Positions 1 through 16,679 of a DNA stretch of 64,000 nt are shown piece after piece; position 1 is the first letter of the stretch, and the number at the start of each line of letters is the position of its first letter. The stretch comes from Macrostomum lignano (Eukaryota): assembly GCA_002269645.1 (NCBI GenBank), contig NIVC01000037.1, positions 682,001-746,000 on the forward strand, read 5' to 3'. The notes beneath the pieces are model-generated. The model was not told the DNA's origin and searched no databases. It saw only the letters and a list, made by a program, of their open reading frames with translations. The position numbers and the translations under genes are program-made.

Positions 1-170
1 CTCTTTCTCTGATATCTGACTCTGCTAACTGACTCTCTGCTAACTGACTCTCTGCTATCTGACTCTTTCTGCTATCTGACTCTGCTAACTGACTCTCTGC
101 TATCTGACTCTTTCTGCTATCTGACTCTTTCTGCTATCTGACTCTGCTAACTGACTCTCTGCTATCTGAG
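1..170. repeat. Short-unit tandem repeat (ctctctgctatctgact-like), truncated by the window start
   Basis: Repeated ctct(c/t)tgcta(t/a)ctgact units visible from base 1. Confidence 0.85.
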
Positions 171-829
171 TCCTATCACGCCTCAACCAAAGTTTTGCAC
201 ATAGGCAAAAGAACTAATAAGTCATTGATAATTAATCAAACTGAAAAAAAATTAAACACACTTTAAAATCCTAAATAATATTTTGCCAGGAAAGCCTAAA
301 AATAAGGTGATCAAAAGCAGAAAAAATTATTTGATACAACTAGAAAAACAGTATAGCTTCGGTAATTGAAATCAATAAGATCAATAAATGATAGAAAATT
401 ATATTATGCCAATAGCCAAAAACATCAGAAAGAACTCAATGAATGATGCTAGCTTCAACAGCCTCGGAATAGCGCTCTAGTCTATACTGCATAAGACGTA
501 AATATGCACAGAAACACCTAGCTAAGCTACTTTTATCTACTTAGTAAGTAGTATAAATCGTGCAGTTTCAGTTATTACTGTGCAACAGTATTAAAGTTAA
601 TAATCACACATTTCATAATTTATTCAACAAAAATTTTCAGGAAGACTAATCTAGCGCACTTTAAGCGACATTGTCACACAACCCGTGAGAGGCATTACTC
701 TGCCGACTCAGCCGACTCCCCTGAGCAGGCACACAAGCGAGCGGATACGTACGCACAGGCACACACTCACACAGGAGTGTACAGCGGCCCTAACTTTATT
801 TATCGTTAGGCATGTACACTTCACTGTGC

Positions 830-965
830 CTTGGGGGGTTGGCCCTCAAAGGCGTTAATTGCACGAGCAGAGCCAAGCCGAGATTCCAGTTTAGCCCCAA
901 ATTAATCTGACTGCACTTGGAATCGAGCCATAAGGGCGATGCGCTAGACCACTTGGCTACGGCCC
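830..965 (-). mobile_element. tRNA-derived SINE-like fragment in the STIM 3' region
   Basis: Minus strand reads gggccgtagccaagtggtctagcgc...ggctcgattcc: Pol III A-box-like and B-box-like motifs with no complete cloverleaf. Confidence 0.45.
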
Positions 966-1010
966 TACTAAAAAGCTCCTTGTACTGAAATATCAGTGTT
1001 TAAACTGCTA

Positions 1011-6920
<5,910 letters not shown>

Positions 6921-7149
6921 CTCTTATTTATATGGTTAAGTGCGCGACGGGCTGAAGGAGTTTGCATGGACGTCCATATACTGTAGCTGTTCCCGACAAT
7001 GTCTAACAAGCGTGCGTACTAGTATAGCATTTGCAAGCCTACTGCGATCGTGATGGAATGTTTAATTGTACTTGTACATGTAGATCTAATGCTGCAGCCT
7101 ATATGATCTTGATAGAAAATCGTAACATTGTACCGGTCTACGATACAAT

Positions 7150-8090
7150 TTTAATGGACAATCGAACATATGCTGCTGTCTAAGATTTAAATTGCAATGG
7201 AAAATCGAACATGTTGCAGCGTTACAATCAGATTGCAATGGACAATCGAACATGTTGCTGACTTACATTCGGATTGCAATAGACAATCGAACATGTTGCA
7301 GCGTTACAATCAGATTGCAATGGACAATCGAACATGTTGCTGACTTACATTCGGATTGCAATAGACAATCGAACATGTTCTGACTTACATTCGGATTGCA
7401 ATGAACAAACGAACATGTTGCTGCGTTACAATCAGATTGCAATGGACAATCGAACATGTTTCTGACTTACATTCGGATTGCAATAGACAATCGAACATGT
7501 TTCTGCGTTACAATCAGATTGCAATGGACAATTGAACATGTTGCTGCGTTACATTCAGATTGCAATGGACAATCGAACATGTTTCTGACTTACCAGGTAC
7601 ATTCGGATTGCAATAGACAATCGAACATGTTTCTGCGTTACAATCAGATTGCAATGGACAATCGAACATGTTTCTGACTTACATTCGGATTGCAATAGAC
7701 AATCAAACATGTTTCTGCGTTACATTCAGATTGCAATGGACAATCGAACATGTTGCAGCGTTACATTCAGATTGCAATGGACAATCGAACATGTTTCTGA
7801 CTTACCAGGTACATTCGGATTGCAATAGACAATCGAACATGTTTCTGCGTTACAATCAGATTGCAATGGACAATCGAACATGTTTCTGACTTACATTCGG
7901 ATTGCAATAGACAATCAAACATGTTTCTGCGTTACATTCAGATTGCAATGGACAATCGAACATGTTGCAGCGTTACATTCAGATTGCAATGGACAATCGA
8001 ACATGTTTTTGCGTTACAATCAGATTGCAATGGACAATTGAACATCTTGCTGACTTACATTCGGATTGCAATGGACAATCGAACATGCTT
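7150..8090. repeat. 41-bp tandem minisatellite upstream of STIM
   Basis: Unit gacaatcgaacatgtttctgcgttacaatcagattgcaatg, with alternating variants. Confidence 0.95.
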
Positions 8091-8569
8091 TTGTCTAACA
8101 GGGATAAACTAATGACTAATTAGCAATCAAGCTGCATCTGATTTCCTCAATATGTACGCAGATCAGATGCCTGTGATTGATTAAATTTATTAAACTACGA
8201 GTTTTAGCAACATGTTTTATATTCGCAATCGAGCGCAAATTACACAATAAAACCGTCCCTTAAAAATCAGCGGCAAGGTACTACACACAATGAAACTCAA
8301 TTAAGTAAAATTATAAGACTCAAATCAGTCGCGAAATCAAATTTAAGTATGAGCAAAATGCATTGTTGAATCAACTGATTTATTTATAGACCTCTACAGT
8401 TGACACATTACAATGTTGACTATGCAAAATGCCATCAACTTGCCTAATAAGTGTTCATATTTGCCAAATAAAAGATCAATGATAATTAACCCAATGAAAC
8501 AATAAGCAAGCAATAAAGTCGCTGTATTCAAGCAACATTGGCTGGCACAAGAAATACGCAAAATATTAT

Positions 8570-9430
8570 TCAATCTGCTTCAGCCTTTCGCTTTCTACTC
8601 TGCTGAATGGTGCTCGGATGCGGCAGAATGGCCTGTGCCGCTTTGCCCTGCTTGTTCTTCTGCTTTTTCCCCACCGACTGTTGCTGCTGCTGGCGCCGGG
8701 TCTGCTGTGGACTTTCTTTATTCTTCTTCTTTCTTAATCCTGCCTGCTGCTGAGACTGCTCTGATTGCTGCTTTTGCTGCCATTTCTTCTTTAACTTTCT
8801 CATGCGCTTGCGCTGAAGCCGCATCTCCGCGGTTGCCTCGTCCTCATTGGCGTTCGTCGCTTGTACGCCCTGCGGCAGCTCGCCCTCCTCCGGCGACTCT
8901 ACTTCCGCCGCTGGCGCAGTAGCCTCCTTCTCTTCTTCCGCCAACAGGCGCCTCTTCCTGGCGCGTTTCGTTTCAAAACTCTTGCCAATACTGGAGGCCA
9001 GTCCGCCGCCCTCAGCTGACCGCTGCTGCCGCCGCTGCCGCATCTGCTCGGCGCTCACCGTGGCGCTGGACTCCGCCTCCAATGCCGCATCGCTGGCCAC
9101 CCCGCCGTGCTGGCCGGCGGCCATCAGCCGCTCGATAGCCGGATTGAAGCCGCCGTAGGAGACGCGGCCCCAGGAGGCCGGCTGCAGCGAGGGGGCGCCA
9201 GGCGCACCCGATGGCACATAGTCTGGCCTGGACACCGCGCCTGACAGCGGCGCCGGATTTGGCAGGCCTGACAACAGCTCCGGCTCGTAGCGCCACTCCT
9301 CGGATGTGATGACCCGGTCAGCCAGGCTCTGCTGCTTCTCTGCCTCCATCGCGCTGGCCTGCATGAACTTCATGCGCAGCAGATTCTTTGATAAGCCGCG
9401 CTTCATCGCTGCTGGATTCGCCTGCGGCAT
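8570..9430 (-). CDS. MPHOSPH6: M-phase phosphoprotein 6 (nuclear exosome cofactor MPP6), single exon, with a K/Q/E-rich C-terminal extension
   Basis: Family motifs LSKNLLRMKFMQ and GRVSYGGFNPAIERLM in a 286-aa open frame with GC-rich codon usage. Confidence 0.88.
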   Translation of the reverse strand: MPQANPAAMKRGLSKNLLRMKFMQASAMEAEKQQSLADRVITSEEWRYEPELLSGLPNPAPLSGAVSRPDYVPSGAPGAPSLQPASWGRVSYGGFNPAIERLMAAGQHGGVASDAALEAESSATVSAEQMRQRRQQRSAEGGGLASSIGKSFETKRARKRRLLAEEEKEATAPAAEVESPEEGELPQGVQATNANEDEATAEMRLQRKRMRKLKKKWQQKQQSEQSQQQAGLRKKKNKESPQQTRRQQQQQSVGKKQKNKQGKAAQAILPHPSTIQQSRKRKAEAD

Positions 9431-9499
9431 CGATTGGTTGGGCTGCGGGATTCCAGAGGAATCTATCCCGATTAACTGACCCTAAATCCTAAATAATAT

Positions 9500-10025
9500 C
9501 CTGCTATCCCATGCTTAACATCTCGATCCCTAACCAGACATCCCGATTCCCAAATCTGACATCCCGATTCCCAAATCTGACATCCCGATCCCAAATCAGA
9601 CATCCCGATTCCCAAATCTGACATCCCGATTCCCAAATCTGACATCCCGATTCCCAAATCTGACATCCCGATCCCAAATCTGACATCCCGATTCCCAAAT
9701 CTGACAGTTCGATCCCAAATCTGACATTCCGATCCCAAATCTGACATCCCGATCCCCAATCTGACATCCCGATCCGAAATCTGACATCCCGATCCCTAAC
9801 CTGACATCCCGATCCCAAATCTGACACCCCGATTCCCAAATCAGACATCCCGATTCCCAAATCAGACATCCCGATTCCCAAATCAGACATCCCGATTCCT
9901 AAATCTGACATCCCGATCCCAAATCTGACACCCCGATTCCCAATCTGACATTCTGATTCCCAATCTGACATCCCGATCCCTAACCTGACATCCCGATCCT
10001 AAACCTGACATCCAGGTCCCCAATC
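9500..10025. repeat. 20-21-bp tandem minisatellite just upstream of MPP6
   Basis: Unit ctgacatcccgat(t)cccaaat. Confidence 0.95.
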
Positions 10026-10727
10026 TGACAACCTGAACTCAAAATGATTATATAAGCGATCAGAATTGCAATACAGCTAGTATAAAGCAAACAAAAAGTC
10101 AAACACAACTAGCGATGTTCGCATAGCAATAGTCCTCGGACTCGCCGAGTTCAGAACGCACAGTATATAAATTTCTGTATAAGGCATAATATAACACAAT
10201 CTGCTAGCCCAAAACTAGTAACTATAGGGACAATATTTCATGTTATAATACAAGAATGTGCCGGCAGATAGTAAAATAAACATCAAAAGACCATTCCAAT
10301 CAAAGCACTGACTCTTGAATGTGCTTTATATAAAGAGTCTACCCTCTAATAATATGGAGGTGAATAATATTTAGTGAACAATTAACAAAACGAAAGACGG
10401 GTCACCGCACCGCATGGAGGGGAACAGATGAGACAGAAGGATAGCCACAACCACACCATAGCAAATAGATCAAATTATTAACACTGAACAAGCTGCACCC
10501 ATCTTAAAACCCTACTACTGAGTAAGTAGTCGAATTGAATATAATTGATGCGTGTGACTTTTTAAACCTGTATTTCAATTACAAAAAATAGTGCTTTATA
10601 TATAAAATGTCAAGTTACGATTAACATAACTACTCAAAAGGGGGAAGAAATTTCAACCTTTTTTCAACTTGAGTAGCCCTTGTTTTGAATTCGTGAATTC
10701 AAATTCTGTTAAACTTTTTTGTCAAAA

Positions 10728-13700
10728 TTACCGACCACTGGGATCAAACACCACCCCTTGCTGGCCGCTGACTCGCTCCAGCTTGTCACGCCGGTACTCC
10801 ATGCACTGGAACACGGCGGCAATAGCGCAGGCAATCAGACACGTGCCCAGTAGGGTGACGCCAACGTACAGGACCTGCTTGTCAAAGAATGGCCGCACAA
10901 ATAGTTCGGAAGTCCAACTGGCCGTATTGTCGTGCGGATAGGGCACCACAAGCAGCTGAGAGTTGGGGATAATAAAGGTGAAATCGCGCTGCAACGCCGG
11001 CGCCTTCTCGTACGGAATTGCCACGGTCAGCTTGTCGATATAGTTGCTGAACTGGCCGAGGCCGAAGTGCAGGTAGGGCAGGTCGAGCTGGCTGTAGGCC
11101 GACTGGCTCAGCTGGCAGCCGATGCCAACCCGGGTGCCGCCCTCCGGCCGCTCGGTTGAGAACCGCAGACACGGCCCCGGCACCGGCAGGCCAACTGGTA
11201 GGCGCCGCTCCGGGCACAGGTAGGCATTCTGGCACATACCGTTGAGCACCAGCGAGCGAAAGAAGTAGCCTTCCTCGTTGTACTTCTGCGAGTGGAACAC
11301 GCTTAGCCAGCGGCTGGCGTCGGGGCTGGCGCACAGCTGAAGCAGGTCCAGCCCGCCGTCCTGGTTCACGTCGGCCAGAGCCGAGCCGGCCAGTCCGAGG
11401 CCGTCCGGGCAGTCCTGCAGGCTCAGATCGCGCACTGAGGCGGCCGGACTGTCCGAGTCAGTGCAGTCTCCGGTGGGAGTGAGGAATGCGGAGATGCGCT
11501 TGTTGTCTGAGCGGCGCAGCGTGACCAACAGGTCCAGCCGACCGTCCAGCTCCAGGTCGCCCGGGCACAGCTGCACCGGCCGCTGCTTAGGCGAGTCCAG
11601 ATGCCAGTTGAGGCTGAACAAATGCGGTTTTAGTTGATAAACTACTGTTTAGTAAGTAGCTTGAGTGAGTATTAATACCTTATTTTACACAGCATTACCT
11701 TGAACGGTGGTAAGTTAATTACTACATACTATATATCTATCTATCTATCTATCTATCTATCTGGGAGCACGAACTTTGCCAGCCGGAAAGTTGCCAGCCG
11801 AACGTTGCTAGCCGGAAAATTTCTAGCCGAGAAAGTTGTCAGCCGGAAAGTTGCCAGCCGAGAACTTTGCCAGCCGGAAAGTTGCCAGCCGGAAAGTTGC
11901 CAGCCAGAAGGTTGCCAGTCGAGAAAATTTGCAGCAAGAGAGATACCAGCTCAGAATTTCATCAGCTGTCTAAGTTTACAATAATAAATAAATCAATTAT
12001 AATAGCTAAAGTATATAGTAATATATTTATGAGCTATTTATTCGATTAGGCGGCGCTGCATAAAAAACTTTTAGCAATTAAATACATGTAGCTAAAAACA
12101 AGAGACCTCCATATTCTGTTGCAAAATGATTGAAGCAGTTGAGCTCAGTTTTGCTTGGTACGCATGCAAATATATGGCACTACTGACTTTTAATAATTGA
12201 TGATACATATTACTATACATGTCTTTAGAAAGCTAAGAGAAGGCATGCAAGGAAGGACAGTCAGACAAGCCCCTCAGAACCCCCACCCCCTTATCTTCGG
12301 CTGGGTAGAACGCTAGTAGGGGCCGGCGCTCCCAGGCAGGAAGAGTTCATTGATGTGAGAAAATCGCAGGCGGGGAGGAATAAAAGTGGGCGCTTGGCTA
12401 TGATTGGTTGGCGGTGTAACGGATTGGGGTGGGTTGGTCTTAGCCTTCTCCAGTCTTTAGCTAATAGTTAACTGCCACATGTATTCAACTGCTGAAAGTT
12501 TTTTTTTTTAAATACATGTCTTTATTGCAGCCTAACCGAATAAAAATGTATACTTTAGCTCTTCAATTGATTAATTATCATACATGCGCAACTTTGGGAA
12601 TCACCCGGCCGTTTCTATTGGCAACACACATGTAAGTCGCTATTGGACGGAATAGTAGTCACGTGACTGCTCTCAGCCAATAGCGACTTACATGTGTGTG
12701 TTGCCAATAGAAACGGCCGGGTGAATCCCAAGGTTGCGCCCAAGCATGTTAATTATAATTGTAACATTAGACAGCAGATAAAATTCTGAGCTGGTATCTC
12801 TCTTGCTGAAAATTTTCTCGGCTGGCAACTTTCCGGCTGGCAACTTTCTCGGCTAGCAACTTTCCGGCTGGCAAAGTTTGTAGACCCATCTATCTATCAA
12901 AAATTTAAAAACACCAGCATATCTACGAACCCTTTATTACACTGCTGAGCCTCTCTGACCCACAAAAGTTGTACAAGTCTGCAGATTACTCAAGTTTTAC
13001 AATTACTCGTAATAGATAAAAGTCCTGAACTTCCAATGCCATTAATTTTAAAATGAAAGATGAACTTTTATTAACTAGAGTACAGCTTGGAAAATAACAT
13101 GACACAAAAATAAAATCTTTGTCTACTTTCCTTTAGCCTAAACGAGAACTAAGTACTAATGAATCAAAATCGAAGCATACATTCCATGACAAGCCGCACC
13201 TCTGATCCGCGAACTGTTTCACAGTGGCCCGGCACCAGCGCCGAGATGAGCCATAGTACAAATACAGCCAGGATTGGCTGCACCGACCGTCGGAGTCCCG
13301 CTTGCAGGCTGGCAGAGCCAGATCCGTCAGCTCGTCATTGTCCAGACTGACGGGAGCGGCCTGGCCAATGTAGGCGTCCCCTGGCAGGCCCGGCGGCCTT
13401 GGCACCTCCGGCCCGGCCTCGAAACCGGCGTCGCTGCGGCGCATAACGACGCCAATACTGTCTGTTGAAGTCAGACGGAGCAGCAGGTCGGAGCGCAGGT
13501 CGCCAGTCATGTCAGTGAACAAATTGGAATTCGGCACGAATAGGGCCGGCTTGTCCGGGAACAGGCCGCTGACGTTGTTGAACCTGAGGGCCAGCGAAGG
13601 GGGATTTCTCCCTCTCAACTTATGTAGACAGGCGATTTTTGGTGAGAGTGTACAGGGCGATAGTTTGATGAGTGCACAGGGCGATTATTCGTATTTAATG

Positions 13701-14567
13701 AGTGTACAGGGTGATTATTTGATAAGTGTACAGGGCGATTATTTGATGAGCGTACAGGATGACTCTTTGGCAGATGTACAGGGCGATTTCTTGGTGGGTG
13801 TACAGGGCGATTCCTTTGGAAAGGTGTACTATAAAGATCATTTTCTGGCGAGATGTGCAAGACGAGAGATAGGTTGTACAGGACGATACAAGACGTACAG
13901 GACAATTTTTGGGTTGGGTTTTACAAGGCGGTTGATTGCATTATAAGTGAACGGTCAAAATTATTTTGTGAAGATGGTTTCTCATGGGCAATTTTTTCGT
14001 GGCGCAAGCAGCAATAAGATATTCGAACCTATTCTCGTTGAGCCGTCCAGTAAAGACGGTCCGATGACCAGCCGTCACTTCAACAAGAAAGTCGGCCACC
14101 ATATCGGCATTGTAGTCCAGCACAGTTGGCTGGTCAACAGTCTTAGTCACCATCTGCGGCTCGGTGACGCTCTCTCTATCCGGCTTGCCATAGACAATCC
14201 ACACCGACAGGTCGCTGGATGAAGCCGCTGCTTGCACGGTGAGCAGCACATCAACCCGACTGTCGCCATTGAAATCGGCTGGCGCGGCGCCAACCACACG
14301 GGCACCAGCTGGTAGGTCGGCCAGCTTCACTACAGTCGGCTCGGCAACACCGCTGCTGCTGTCGCCCTTCTGCCAGAAGTACAGCAGCAACTGGGAGCTG
14401 TTGGCGCTGACTGCTAGCACGTCAAGCAGGGTGTCGGCATTGAAATCGGCATAGGCCAGAGCGCGGCCGTCAATGCTAATGGCCCTGGTATAGGTTAGCT
14501 CGCCGCATAGGCAAACTGGGCACAGACTGGCTACTGCCAATAGTAGGATGGTGAATATGTGAGGCAT
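10728..14567 (-). CDS. ITFG1: ITFG1 / T-cell immunomodulatory protein / LINKIN (FG-GAP repeat type I membrane protein). Exons 14567-14029, 13583-13200, 11613-10728
   Basis: Signal peptide, then FG-GAP-like AYADFNADTLLDVL, PADFNGDSRVDVLL, LDYNADMVADFL. Family-typical SQSAYSQLDLPYLHFGLGQFSNYIDKLTVAIP and IIPNSQLLVVPYPH. TM helix near the C-terminus. Three exons join in frame (phase 2, phase 2). Confidence 0.92.
11763..12887. mobile_element. Non-autonomous inverted-repeat element (MITE/foldback-like) inserted in a (TATC)n tract in ITFG1 intron 2
   Basis: Left end ggg..aactttgccagccggaaag is mirrored by ctttccggctggcaaagttt..ccc at the right end. Imperfect arms of about 300 bp also mirror gagagataccagctcagaattt and ttcgattaggc. 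atct lies on both flanks. Confidence 0.7.
12583..12748. mobile_element. ~170-bp palindromic (hairpin) element, copy 1, nested in the 11763-12887 element
   Basis: Arms cacccggccgtttctattggcaacacacatgtaagtcgctattgg / ccaatagcgacttacatgtgtgtgttgccaatagaaacggccgggtg surround a gtcacgtgac centre. Confidence 0.8.
13640..13820. repeat. Degenerate ~27-30-bp tandem repeat (tgtacagggcgatt core) in ITFG1 intron 1
   Basis: About 7 recurrences of gtacagggcgatt. Confidence 0.75.
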
Positions 14568-14767
14568 CGCTCTGCAAGGCAACGTTTTATTTCTTAGAAA
14601 ACTTTTTTAAATTTATATTAAAAACAAAGTGCATGCAATTTTTAGGAAAATTATTATTGTTCTAAAAAAATTTATTAGAATAATAAAAAAGTATTTTGGC
14701 CCAGAAATGTCAGTAGAGTTCTGGCATAACCAATTTTTCCTGTATCCATATGTGTAGCCATATCATG

Positions 14768-14940
14768 CATGCGCAACCCTGGGATTCACTCGGCTGTTTC
14801 TATTGGCAACACATACATGTAATGTAAGTCGCTATTGGCTGAGAGCAGTCACGTGACTACTATTCCGTCCAATAGCAACTTACGTGTGTGTGTTGCCAAT
14901 AGAAATGGCCGAGTGAATCCCAAGGTTGTGCCCAAGCATG
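14768..14940. mobile_element. ~170-bp palindromic element, copy 2, about 200 bp upstream of the ITFG1 ATG
   Basis: Same arms and same asymmetric ends (catgcgcaac ... gttg(c/t)gcccaagcatg) as 12583-12748. Confidence 0.8.
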
Positions 14941-16664
14941 AGCCATATCTCAATTTTTCCCTTAGCTTATCTGTATCAGTATCCATACCCATAGCTAGTA
15001 AACTTTCTATAACTTCCTATAACTCTATTGCTATGGTTGCAGTGTGCCATCAGCATCAGGCATTGTGACCTCTTGCTATAATGTTCTGCAGAATACATCT
15101 ATGGCACTCAATGCAAATCAGCTTGATTGCCTTTTGACTGTTCTTTCTATTCTCTCCTCTTTTCCTTCTTCTCTCCCCTCTTTTCTCTTTCCTTTCTCTC
15201 ATTTATCTTTTCACAAATCTTCTCATTGTCAGAAGAGGTCAATGAGGTATTTTAAGTACATTCAATTCAATGTAAGAATGGACCCAATTCTAATCTGAAA
15301 TCTCTAGATCCCAAAACTTTTTGATTCCATATGAATTCTACATATGCTTTTATACTTAATAGTGATCTTAATTTTGATAACTATATCCCAAAATAAGAAT
15401 CCTATGATTTTATAAAAAATGAAAACTTGGAAAAAATGCTCTGAAGTGCCAAAAAGTTTGATCATTAAAAGCATTATAATAAATTGGTTTTATAAAGTAC
15501 TAATTTTGTTTATTCAACATTGGTGAAAAATCTATTTTTTAAAACTTAATTTTTTTATTTTAAATATTAAAATAATTTATTTGTTGTACAGGAAAATTCT
15601 GCATTATTGTGTTGTACATTTGAATTGGTAGATATCTAGAATATATATGCATTAAACCTGTTTATTCTACTTAACTTTTAGATATAAGATATTAATATTA
15701 TTTGATATTTAATCACATTTAACTAAATATATTTTAGCAATCTAAAAAGTTATAATAATATAATTATTTGTCTAGAAAAAAATGATTTATTTAACTAAAA
15801 AATGGTTGTATAAATTGAAATTTAGGCTATAAACATAAAGCACTAGCTAAAATTAAATGTATAAGTGTGTCATTATAAGCCTCCATTGCATTGGCAGGTT
15901 ATTGAGCACTTAATATTAAGCTTATCCCTGCCATTGCTTCCCTAATTTTACTATTTATAAGCCTAGTTACTAGTTCTACTATTTGTATACTAGTCCTACT
16001 AGGGGGGGGGGGCACAGGCACCACAAATAGGCTGCAAGGCGCCTATAGTAGGCCTAGGCCTAGCATTAGCACATTCATATTGCCTAGTTTACAATTTTCC
16101 AATGCAATTTTTATATTATACTTTATATATTATATTATAGATATACCACCAGTTAATAAATAACCTAGAAAGAAAAATGGTCTGTTGCTAAAATGGACTA
16201 CTGCCTAGTGCCTACCCTGTAACCCCAATACTAGGGACATGTCTTAGTATATGATGGACTAGGCCTATGATAATGATGATATACATCTATATAGCCCTAT
16301 ATTTGTAAAACAAATAACGATTATCAAAGCTCCATATGATAAATTATAGGCAGTAGCTAGACCAATACTATAGGTATAGCTAAGTAAGGCCTATGATAGG
16401 CCTAAAGCTATCAAATAAAAATAATTGTTCGATAGACCTTGGCCTAAGCTTGCCACATTGCCAACAAATCTAATCAAGGGCAGGCCAAGCCAAGGGGTGC
16501 GTGCACCCCAACGAATAATTGTGATAAATTACGATATAATGAATGTAATATTTACTATACTAATTTTTCATGGTCATCAAGCTTTTCTAGATTTTAGGTC
16601 TAGGTTGATTGTTTTACTAGGCTATTTAGTACTTGCACTAACGATAGGCGTCCGTAGGCCTCCC

Positions 16665-16679
16665 GGCGGGAAATTTGAG
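16665..16679 (+). promoter_or_regulatory. Candidate E2F/CDE-CHR (DREAM-type) promoter element
   Basis: GGCGG-GAAA-TTTGAG: contains the E2F-like GCGGGAAA and a CHR-like TTTGA at 4-nt spacing, in a small GC island within AT-rich DNA. Confidence 0.35.
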
